DNA of 32,000 bases from Halomicrobium mukohataei DSM 12286 (GTDB lineage Archaea; Halobacteriota; Halobacteria; Halobacteriales; Haloarculaceae), in the NCBI RefSeq assembly GCF_000023965.1, contig NC_013202.1, positions 1 through 32,000 on the forward strand. The letters are read 5' to 3'. Numbering within the stretch: position 1 is the first letter of the stretch; each line of letters starts with the position of its first letter. The translations under genes and the position numbers were made by a program. The notes below the pieces were generated by a model, which worked only from the letters and a program-made list of their open reading frames with translations, was not told the origin of the DNA and made no database searches. Below are positions 17,007 through 24,301 of this stretch, in pieces.

Positions 17007-17903
17007 GTGAGGTTCGTCGAGGAGATCGTCGTCGACGAGTTCCTGCCAACCTTCAGGTCGCTGCTCGCGGAGGCGTTGCGCGAGCGTGACCTCACCCAGT
17101 CGGAGGTGGCCGAGCTGCTGGGGATCAGCCAGAGCGCCGTCTCGAAGTACGCCCACGGAGAGGTCGAGCGCAACGAGCGCCTGCTGGAGAACGACCGGCT
17201 GGCGGCGCTGATCGAGGAGTTGGCCGACGGGCTGGCCAGCGGCGAGATGACGCCCGTCCAGGCGTTGATCGAGACGGAAGTGGTCGTCCGCGAACTCGAA
17301 CAGGGGGGCACGCTCGCGGCGCTGCACGAGGACGCCGTTCCGGAACTCGCCGAGTACGGCGGCGACTTCGCGGTCCACGACCCCGACAGCAATCTCCGGG
17401 AGGCAGAACAGACCCTCTCGTCGGTACGGCGCGGGCTGCGGCTGCTGGAGAACACCAGTGGCTTCGCCACGCTCATTCCGGCGGTCGGCTCCAACCTCGT
17501 CGAGGCCCTCAGCGACGCGACAGGCATCGAAGACGTGGCCGGCGTCCCCGGTCGGATCCTCGACGTGAAGGGGCGGGCGACGATCCCGGCCGAGCCGGAG
17601 TTCGGCGTCAGCGAACACGTCGCGGGCGTGTTGCTCGCGGCACAGGCCGGCGGTGCGGACGCGAGCGCGATGGTGAACATCCGCTACGACGACGGCGTCG
17701 TCGACGACCTCGAAGCCGCGGGGTACACGACGGTCGCGTTCGACGCCGAGGCCGACACCGAGACCGCGATCGGGGCCGCACTCGACGAGTGCCCGGACGC
17801 CGACGTGCTCTACCAGACCGGCGGCATGGGAATCGAACCGATCAGCTACGTGATCGGGCCCGACGCCAGCGCCGTCGCGGAGATCGTCCGCGAGATCGCG
17901 TGA
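17007..17903 (+). CDS. thiR: HTH (XRE-type) + ThiN-domain protein, ThiR-like thiamine regulator
   Basis: N-terminal LTQSEVAELLGISQSAVSKYAHGE helix-turn-helix. The C-terminal part is a ThiN-like domain (IPAVGSNLVEA...VAGVPGRI). The architecture matches the ThiR repressor described for archaea. GTG start. Confidence 0.7.
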   Translation: MRFVEEIVVDEFLPTFRSLLAEALRERDLTQSEVAELLGISQSAVSKYAHGEVERNERLLENDRLAALIEELADGLASGEMTPVQALIETEVVVRELEQGGTLAALHEDAVPELAEYGGDFAVHDPDSNLREAEQTLSSVRRGLRLLENTSGFATLIPAVGSNLVEALSDATGIEDVAGVPGRILDVKGRATIPAEPEFGVSEHVAGVLLAAQAGGADASAMVNIRYDDGVVDDLEAAGYTTVAFDAEADTETAIGAALDECPDADVLYQTGGMGIEPISYVIGPDASAVAEIVREIA

Positions 17904-18535
17904 TGGGCGACGTGCGCTCGTTCTACGGCCGGTGGGCGCGCCTCTACGACTGGCTGGCGACGCTGCCCGGCGTCCGGTCGTGGCGGCGCGCGGCAGCGTC
18001 CGACCTCGACCTGGCAGCCGGCCAGACCGTCGTCGAGATGGGGTGTGGCACCGGCGCGAACCTCCCGCACCTGCGGTCGGCGGTCGGCTCCGAGGGGCGT
18101 GTCCTCGGACTCGACGTGACACGGGCGATGCTCGACCGTGCGCGCGGTCGCGGCGACGCCGACCTGCTGCGAGGTGACGCGACGCGACCGCCCCTACAGA
18201 GTGGCGTCGACGGCTTGCTTGGGACGTTCGTCGTCGGCATGTTCGCCGATCCCCGCTCGGTCGTCGACGAGTGGTGTACCCTCGTCGGACCCGGCCACCG
18301 GGTCGCACTGTTGCACTTTACGAGGAGCCGGCGTGCGTGGGCGCGACCGATCGACGCCTGCTACCGGGCGTTCGTCTGGGCGTCCTCGACCGACAAGCGC
18401 CAGCGCGACGTGGCCGACAGCCACGACCGGCGCGTCGAGGAGGCCTATCGACGGCTGGCCGAGCGCACGGCGGACTACCGCGAGCGACGGCTGGCCGGTG
18501 GCTACCTCCGGCTGGCGAGTGGCCGCGTCGAGTGA
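17903..18535 (+). CDS. Class I SAM-dependent methyltransferase
   Basis: Motif I VVEMGCGTGAN. Its ATG overlaps the thiR stop (TGATG). Confidence 0.75.
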   Translation: MGDVRSFYGRWARLYDWLATLPGVRSWRRAAASDLDLAAGQTVVEMGCGTGANLPHLRSAVGSEGRVLGLDVTRAMLDRARGRGDADLLRGDATRPPLQSGVDGLLGTFVVGMFADPRSVVDEWCTLVGPGHRVALLHFTRSRRAWARPIDACYRAFVWASSTDKRQRDVADSHDRRVEEAYRRLAERTADYRERRLAGGYLRLASGRVE

Positions 18536-18568
18536 CGGACGGTCGGCAACGGTGGTCCGGACGACGAA

Positions 18569-19333
18569 TCAGGGGCGGTACCGCTCGGCGTGGGCCGGGC
18601 AGAACGCGGTTCCCTGGAGCTGTGCGGCGACGACGCCGGGCTGGCGGTGGGGGTTCGCCAGTCGGCAGCCAGACTCCTCGCAGAATCCCTCGCCCGTCTC
18701 CAGATAGTGGTACGCCTGCAGGACGTAGCCCTTGAGCGCCTCGGTCGTGCGCGGGTCGTCTTCGACGAGAAACTCTCCCTCGACCTCGCTCTCTAGGACC
18801 TCTCGTGGCGGGGAGTCGCCAGCGACCATCGCGTGCTTCTGTTGTTCCTTGTAGTACTGTTCTGGCTTGGCGGGGGCCTCGTAGAGCCCCGGGACCGACA
18901 CGAGCGCCGGCTGACCGAGGACGTTGACGCGCTTGTGCCAGCGGCCGTCGTGGTCGCCCCAGGTTCCGAGGACGCGATCGAGCACCGGAACGTGGAGGTG
19001 ATCGAGCCCGCGCTCGTCGGCGGGCAGTCGTTCCCCGAGGCTCCGCTGGACCTGCAGGCCGTCGTAGATGACGCCGCCCGCCCGCTCGGGGTGGTCCAGC
19101 GCCCGCTGCTCGTAGCGAACGATCCCCAGCATCGTGTTGCCCGTCTCGCGCTCGTACGGCGAGAGCACCCGCGCGGCGGCGAACGCATCGGCCAGCTCGT
19201 CGTCGGCGTACAGATCGAGGAAGCGATCCCGCACCTCGACGCCGGCCTCGATCCGCGCGGCCAGCCAGTCGGCGATAGCGTCCACGTCGGCGACCGTCGT
19301 CGGTGCCCGGTACAGTGTGACCCGTTCGACCAT
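18569..19333 (-). CDS. Conserved hypothetical protein with a C-terminal Cys/His cluster
   Basis: Internal ATG at 19333 (MVERVTLYRAP...). The C-terminus GFCEESGCRLANPH...FCPAHAERY suggests metal binding. High GC at codon position 3. No family recognised with confidence. Confidence 0.65.
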   Translation of the reverse strand: MVERVTLYRAPTTVADVDAIADWLAARIEAGVEVRDRFLDLYADDELADAFAAARVLSPYERETGNTMLGIVRYEQRALDHPERAGGVIYDGLQVQRSLGERLPADERGLDHLHVPVLDRVLGTWGDHDGRWHKRVNVLGQPALVSVPGLYEAPAKPEQYYKEQQKHAMVAGDSPPREVLESEVEGEFLVEDDPRTTEALKGYVLQAYHYLETGEGFCEESGCRLANPHRQPGVVAAQLQGTAFCPAHAERYRP

Positions 19334-19352
19334 GTATGAGTGAGTGGTACCA

Positions 19353-19363
19353 TTCAGTGAAAC
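19353..19363 (-). promoter_or_regulatory. TATA-like box (GTTTCACTGAA on the minus strand) 20 nt upstream of the ATG at 19333; the palindrome TGGTACCA (19345-19352) lies between it and the start codon
   Basis: Motif and spacing read directly from the sequence. Confidence 0.35.
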
Positions 19364-19613
19364 AGTTGCGGTCTGGGCCAACGGTAGAGAACAGATCGAG
19401 CATTCGCGCGAACGAGCGGTTCGAAGAACCCGGAAGTTCGCGCGATTCACCGTCAGAGCAAGCTCTGACGAGCAGTGCGTTCGCGGCTTTTTCACCACCG
19501 GAAGACTCATTTCACTCGTCTTCCGAGCCTTGCCTCGCTTCGCTCGGCAAGACCACGTCTTTGCAAGGGGGTACCCACAGCGCCGCGAAGCGGCGCGAGG
19601 AAACCCCCGCAGT

Positions 19614-19618
19614 AAAAA
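19614..19618 (-). terminator. T5 tract immediately after the leuA/cimA stop codon, followed by a two-tier GC hairpin (19566-19608)
   Basis: The minus strand reads TGA CCCTCTTTTTACTGC GGGGGT..GCGCCGC TTC GCGGCGC..ACCCCC. Confidence 0.4.
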
Positions 19619-19623
19619 GAGGG

Positions 19624-21171
19624 TCAGTCGTCGGCGACGACCGGCTCGTCCTCGTCGGCGAGAAGTCGGTCGATGGCGTCGACCATCGCGTGGACGGAGG
19701 CCCGGGTGATGTCCGAGTCGCTGTTGGAGACCGTCACCGTCCGGTCGCCCCGAGACATCTCGACCTCGACGGTGACGACGGCGTCGGTGTTGCCGGTGAT
19801 GGCGTCGACGTGGTAGGAGTCGAGGTTCCAGTTGACAGAGCTACCGAGCGCTTCCTCGATGGCGGTCATCGCGGCGTCGACCGGGCCCGAGCCGGTGGCG
19901 CTGGCGGGCTCGCGTTCCTCGCCGTCGACGGCGAGGCGGATGCTGGCCGTTGGAGTGCCGCCACCGGCGATGGTCGTCAGATCGAGCAGTTCGACGCGGC
20001 GCTCGCGGTCGGTGCCTTTGACCTCCTCGGCGATGGTCAGCAGGTCGGCGTCGGTGACCCGTCGGCCGCGGTCGCCGATCTCCTTGACCCGCCCGACGAT
20101 CGTCGCGAGCTCGTCGTCGCTCACGTCGATGTCGTGCTCGTCGAGCGCGGCGGCGACCCCCGCGCGCCCGGCGTGTTTGCCCAGCGCGAGGCGGCGCTCG
20201 CGACCCACCTTCTCGGGCCGGTAGGGCTCGTACATCGCGTCGTCTTTCAGCGTCCCGTCGGTGTGGATGCCCGACTCGTGGGTGAAGGCGTTCTGGCCGA
20301 CGACGGCCTTGTTCGGGGCCAGCTGGATCCCCGTCGTGTTGGCGACCAGCTGTGCGAGGTCGTACACCTCGGTCAGGTCCATCGTCTCGACGCCGTAGCC
20401 GTGATCGAGCGCGATGGCGACCTCCTCTAAGGCGACGTTGCCGGCCCGCTCGCCGATGCCGTTGATGGTCCCGTGGACCATGTCGGCACCGGCGGCGACG
20501 GCCACCAGCGCGTTCATCACCGCGAGCCCGAGGTCGTCGTGGGTGTGGGCGCTGACCGGCCCCAGTTTCGAGAGCCGGGAGACGGCTTCGAGCGCGCCGT
20601 CCGGCGTCGCGTGACCGACGGTATCGGCCCAGCAGATCCGGTCCGCACCGGCGTCGATGGCGGCACCGAGCAGTTCTTCGAGGTAGTCCAGGTCCGCCCG
20701 GGAGCCGTCCTCGCCGATGACCTCGACCCACAGCCCCTGCGCTTTGGCGTACTCGACCAGCTCGACGGTCGAGGCGACGTTGTCCTCCCGAGAGGTCCCG
20801 ACCTTGTCCTCGACGTGGCGGTCGCTGGCGGGGACGACGAGGTTGATCCCGTCGACGCCACACTCCAGCGCGAGGTCGATGTCGTTGCGAATGCCACGGC
20901 AGAAGCTCGTCACCGTCGCGTCGAGGTCGAGATCGGCCACGCGGGAGATGGTCTTTCGCTCGCCCGGCCCGGTACAGGCGCTGCCCGCCTCGATCACGTC
21001 GATCTCGGCCGCGTCGAGCTGGCGGGCGATCCGTGCCTTCTCGTCGGGCGAGAGCGAGATTCCGGGGGCCTGCTCCCCGTCTCGAAGCGTGGTGTCAAGG
21101 AACTGTACGCCGTCAGCATCAGAGAGGTCCCGCGTCAGCGGGTGACCCCCGAACAATGTCGTCTCTGTCAC
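19624..21171 (-). CDS. leuA: 2-isopropylmalate synthase / (R)-citramalate synthase family enzyme
   Basis: LDTTLRDGEQAPG, HTHDDLGLAV and HESGIH motifs, plus a C-terminal LeuA-dimer-type regulatory domain. GTG start. LeuA and CimA cannot be told apart by eye. Confidence 0.85.
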   Translation of the reverse strand: MTETTLFGGHPLTRDLSDADGVQFLDTTLRDGEQAPGISLSPDEKARIARQLDAAEIDVIEAGSACTGPGERKTISRVADLDLDATVTSFCRGIRNDIDLALECGVDGINLVVPASDRHVEDKVGTSREDNVASTVELVEYAKAQGLWVEVIGEDGSRADLDYLEELLGAAIDAGADRICWADTVGHATPDGALEAVSRLSKLGPVSAHTHDDLGLAVMNALVAVAAGADMVHGTINGIGERAGNVALEEVAIALDHGYGVETMDLTEVYDLAQLVANTTGIQLAPNKAVVGQNAFTHESGIHTDGTLKDDAMYEPYRPEKVGRERRLALGKHAGRAGVAAALDEHDIDVSDDELATIVGRVKEIGDRGRRVTDADLLTIAEEVKGTDRERRVELLDLTTIAGGGTPTASIRLAVDGEEREPASATGSGPVDAAMTAIEEALGSSVNWNLDSYHVDAITGNTDAVVTVEVEMSRGDRTVTVSNSDSDITRASVHAMVDAIDRLLADEDEPVVADD

Positions 21172-21324
21172 GGTTGTGTCCTGCGAGTTATCGTCGCTGG
21201 CGAATTTCGCGCCCAGCCGCCGTGAGGCGACTTCCTCTATCCTCGTTGTCGGAATCCGACATAGTACTCGATGGTCAAGCGGCCGCCGCTGATTAATCTG
21301 TTGGGATCGTTTCGCACGGTCGGG

Positions 21325-21705
21325 TCACGACTCGATCACCACGCGGTCGCCGGGCTCGACGCCGTCGGCCGCGCCCGCCGGTAGCTCGACGACGGTATCG
21401 GCGCGGGCCATCCCCAGCCCGGTCCAGGGCGACAGCGTCTTCACCTGTGCGACCGTCTCGTCCCGGAGCCAGACCACGTCGATGGGGAACCGAACGAACA
21501 GCATGTGGATCGACTGGTAGCCGTGGTCGCCGAGCAGTGCCGAGAGCGGCCAGGGTGGCCCGTGGAGTCGAAAGACCAGCGCGTAGTCGTCTGGAATCGA
21601 CTCGCGAAACATCAGCCCCTTCGCCTGTTCGACGGTCGACGCGGCCACTTCGACGGTGTCGGCGAGCGTCCGACGTTCGTCTCCATCCTCGTGGACGACG
21701 CGCAT
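21325..21705 (-). CDS. DUF192 domain protein
   Basis: VEVAASTVEQAKGLMFRESIPDDYALVF...IHMLFVRFPIDVVWL is DUF192-like. Internal ATG at 21705. The rest of the listed 298-aa ORF is a shadow. Confidence 0.7.
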   Translation of the reverse strand: MRVVHEDGDERRTLADTVEVAASTVEQAKGLMFRESIPDDYALVFRLHGPPWPLSALLGDHGYQSIHMLFVRFPIDVVWLRDETVAQVKTLSPWTGLGMARADTVVELPAGAADGVEPGDRVVIES

Positions 21706-21783
21706 GGCCGTTGGTGGAGGCCGCGGGGCAAAACCCTTGCTGGCCCGAGACAGATTCAAGCGTCTCGATTCGTCAGTGGGCGT

Positions 21784-22356
21784 ATGGAGAAGGCACCCGG
21801 CGGGACGAGCGTCGGCGTCGACGACCCGTACGCCCACGTCGACCGCTGTGACTGGATCACGGACGACGGGAAGTGCCGGTGGGCCGTCGAACACGGCCAC
21901 CACGACCCCGACTTTGCCGACGCCCGCAGTGCCGAGGACTTTCAGTGTCCCGTCGTCGCCGGGGGAGACGACCACGACCCCAGCGTCTCCTCGACCGGTG
22001 AGCAGGCGGGCCGGTGGGACTGGGGAGACTGCCCGCACTTTCGGCGACGGGAACGCGACCGGGCGTGTACTCGCTGCGGGCTCGAAGAGCGACGGATGGC
22101 CCACACCGACGAGCGGCCGTTGCTGGAAGAACACCACCTGTCCTATCGCGAGGGGGGCGGCGACGACCTGAACCACGAGATCACGATCTACCTCTGTCGG
22201 TGGTGTCACGCGAAAGTCCACCAGTCGTGGGCGCGGATCGACGACGACGCGAACCCGGACCCGGAGGCCGTCGCCGAGCGCGAGGGGCGACGCACGCGCG
22301 AGCGGTCCGAGCTCGGGTTCGAATCGGCGGCCGAGCGGTACCGCGACGACGAGTGA
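21784..22356 (+). CDS. HNH endonuclease-fold protein with an N-terminal Cys/His-rich region
   Basis: CTRCG...EEHHLSY...LNHEITIYLCRWCHAKVH is a zinc-bracketed HNH (beta-beta-alpha-Me) motif. The N-terminus contains CDWITDDGKCRWAVEHGHH. Internal ATG at 21784. Confidence 0.7.
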   Translation: MEKAPGGTSVGVDDPYAHVDRCDWITDDGKCRWAVEHGHHDPDFADARSAEDFQCPVVAGGDDHDPSVSSTGEQAGRWDWGDCPHFRRRERDRACTRCGLEERRMAHTDERPLLEEHHLSYREGGGDDLNHEITIYLCRWCHAKVHQSWARIDDDANPDPEAVAEREGRRTRERSELGFESAAERYRDDE

Positions 22357-22432
22357 GTGTTCTGGGTATCAGATGTGATACTCACAAGACACCGTTAAGC
22401 GCCCCATGTGAAAACTGAACACAAGCACTGCC

Positions 22433-23521
22433 ATGGACCTCACCAAGCAGTCGCTGGGGCAGTCGTACGTCGTCGCGGCAGGCGTCGCCTTGAGTCTGGC
22501 GCTGCTGGGCCACGCCGTCGTCGCGTCCGAGCACGGCTGGCTAACTGCCGTCCTGATCGTCGGTGGACTGGTGCCGGCGCTGACGCTCGCTGGCGCGCAG
22601 TACTGGCTCCCGGCCAGTGGTATCGAGGGCGAGCAAGTGTGGCGCGTCGCCGAGTGGAGCAGTCTCGGAATCGGTATATTGACACTAGTCAACGTCGCGG
22701 TCCTCGCGTTCGGCCATCCACTGAGCGATCTCGGACCGGTGGTGCTGGCGACGAGCGTCGCCATCGGCGGCATAGCCGGTGTCCTCGTGGGGACGATGCT
22801 CGAACTGCGAAACACCAACGCACGGCTACAGCGGAGTAACGACGTTCTCAACCGGGTGCTCCGGCACAACCTCCGCAACGACCTGACCGTCGTCCTCGGC
22901 CATCTGAGCGAACTCGAAGCCAACGTCTCGGGACAGCAGGCCGACCGCGTCCGGCAACTCGAAGGAAAAGTCGACGAGATCGTCGCGACGACGGAGAAGG
23001 CTCGCGAGATCGACGTGGCACTCACCGCCGAACACCGAACGCAGCACCCTCTCGACGTGGTGTCCCACGTCAGGGAACGCGCCGAAGCGGTCGAGACAGC
23101 CTACCCGGACGCGACAGTCGAGACCGACCTGCCAGAGTCGGCATGGGTGTACGGGGACTGGCTCGTCGGGACCGTCCTCGACAACGTCGTCGAGAACGTG
23201 ATCGTCCACGCCGAGGGCGACCCGTATCTCCGGATCGACTGCGAACGAGACGCCAGCGGTGTCACGGTTCGGATCGCCGACGACTGTCCGCGGATTCCCG
23301 ACCACGAGCGCCCGATGTTCGATCACGGTGTCGAGACGCCACTGAACCACTCGACCGGGGTCGGCCTCTGGCTCGTCCAGTCGGTCATGGAGAGCTACGG
23401 CGGCGACGTGACACTGGCAGCCAGCGAGGCGGGCGGGAACCGGGTCGACCTGACGTTTCCGGCGGCACCGAGCGGGGACGAGGAACGGTTCTCCGATCGT
23501 CTGCGCCGAGCAGAGCACTGA
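22433..23521 (+). CDS. Membrane-bound sensor histidine kinase
   Basis: About four N-terminal transmembrane helices, the H-box LRHNLRNDLTVVLGH, and an ATPase domain (NVIVHA..., GVGLWLV). Confidence 0.85.
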   Translation: MDLTKQSLGQSYVVAAGVALSLALLGHAVVASEHGWLTAVLIVGGLVPALTLAGAQYWLPASGIEGEQVWRVAEWSSLGIGILTLVNVAVLAFGHPLSDLGPVVLATSVAIGGIAGVLVGTMLELRNTNARLQRSNDVLNRVLRHNLRNDLTVVLGHLSELEANVSGQQADRVRQLEGKVDEIVATTEKAREIDVALTAEHRTQHPLDVVSHVRERAEAVETAYPDATVETDLPESAWVYGDWLVGTVLDNVVENVIVHAEGDPYLRIDCERDASGVTVRIADDCPRIPDHERPMFDHGVETPLNHSTGVGLWLVQSVMESYGGDVTLAASEAGGNRVDLTFPAAPSGDEERFSDRLRRAEH

Positions 23522-23529
23522 TACGGACG

Positions 23530-23593
23530 GTTGTAGGCGTTTACCCAGTCGACCGCACGACGGCGTGCGGTCGATCTGGTAAAGACCTACAAC
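23530..23593. repeat. 64-nt imperfect long inverted repeat (hairpin)
   Basis: GTTGTAGG..TTTA..CCAG-TCGACCGCACG [ACGG] CGTGCGGTCGA-CTGG..TAAA..CCTACAAC. It has an 11-bp perfect apical stem plus about 15 further pairs. It starts 9 nt after the kinase gene stop. Confidence 0.6.
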
Positions 23594-23634
23594 TTTCCGT
23601 ATGACCCGTCAGGTGCGTTCGGTCGTTTCAAGAG

Positions 23635-23641
23635 ATATATA
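23635..23641 (+). promoter_or_regulatory. TATA box ATATATA 26 nt upstream of the GMP synthase subunit A ATG
   Basis: Read directly from the sequence. Confidence 0.5.
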
Positions 23642-23666
23642 CGGCCCGATAGCGTCCCCTGTAGTA

Positions 23667-24218
23667 ATGACCGAAATCGCCGTCATCGACAATCACGGCC
23701 AGTTCACGCACCTCGAACAGCGTGCGCTGCGCGACATCGGCGTCGACGTGGAACTCGTCGACAACGACACGCCGCCCGGCGAGATCGAGGCCGACGGCCT
23801 CGTCCTCTCGGGCGGACCGGACATGGACCGCATCGGCAACTGCCCGGCGTACCTCGACATGGACGTGCCGATTCTGGGCATCTGTCTGGGGATGCAGCTG
23901 ATGGCCGACCAGCTCGGTGGCCGCGTCGGTGCCGGCGAGTACGGCGGCTACGCCGACGTGACCGTCCAGATCGACGACGACGAGGACCCGCTGATCGGAT
24001 CGCTGGCCCCGGAGACGCGCGTCTGGGCCAGCCACGCCGACGAGGTCAAGGAAGTGCCAGACGGGTTCGAGCGCACCGCACAGTCCGACGTGTGCAACGT
24101 CGAGGCCATGAGCAACGGGACCGATCGCTTCGGCGTCCAGTGGCACCCGGAAGTCGCCCACACCGAAGAGGGCGAAGCGGTGTTCGAGAACTTCCTCGCC
24201 GTCTGTAACGGAGAGTGA
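23667..24218 (+). CDS. guaA: GMP synthase (glutamine-hydrolysing) subunit A, class I glutamine amidotransferase
   Basis: ILGICLGMQL (catalytic Cys) and VQWHPEV (His/Glu). The 183-aa size is typical of the split archaeal GuaA. Internal ATG at 23667. Confidence 0.85.
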   Translation: MTEIAVIDNHGQFTHLEQRALRDIGVDVELVDNDTPPGEIEADGLVLSGGPDMDRIGNCPAYLDMDVPILGICLGMQLMADQLGGRVGAGEYGGYADVTVQIDDDEDPLIGSLAPETRVWASHADEVKEVPDGFERTAQSDVCNVEAMSNGTDRFGVQWHPEVAHTEEGEAVFENFLAVCNGE

Positions 24219-24269
24219 GCCGTCGATACTGCAGGTAACCGATCCACCGCGGGAGGGCGCAGACGGGTA

Positions 24270-24276
24270 CATTTAA
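24270..24276 (+). promoter_or_regulatory. TATA-like box CATTTAA 26 nt upstream of the ATG at 24302
   Basis: Read directly from the sequence. Confidence 0.4.
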
Positions 24277-24301
24277 CCGGATCGATGGGGTGGCCTACAG
24301 T

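Noticed and set aside
16842-18308. 488-aa minus-strand ORF, and similar long Arg/Pro-rich ORFs at 4817-5779, 6110-7282, 18318-19403, 19841-20863, 24568-26193, 26240-27541, 28304-29974 and 30449-31414.
   Set aside because: All overlap confidently identified genes in another frame or strand. All have extreme Arg/Pro/Gly/Ala content that is characteristic of non-coding frames in GC-rich DNA.
21188-21262. 24-codon minus-strand uORF (MSDSDNEDRGSRLTAAGREIRQRR) in the leuA/cimA leader, downstream of an AGATTAATCAG box; considered as a leucine-type attenuator peptide.
   Set aside because: It contains only one Leu codon. Only about 15 of 24 codons end in G/C, far below the level in real genes here. 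No terminator/antiterminator alternative is evident.
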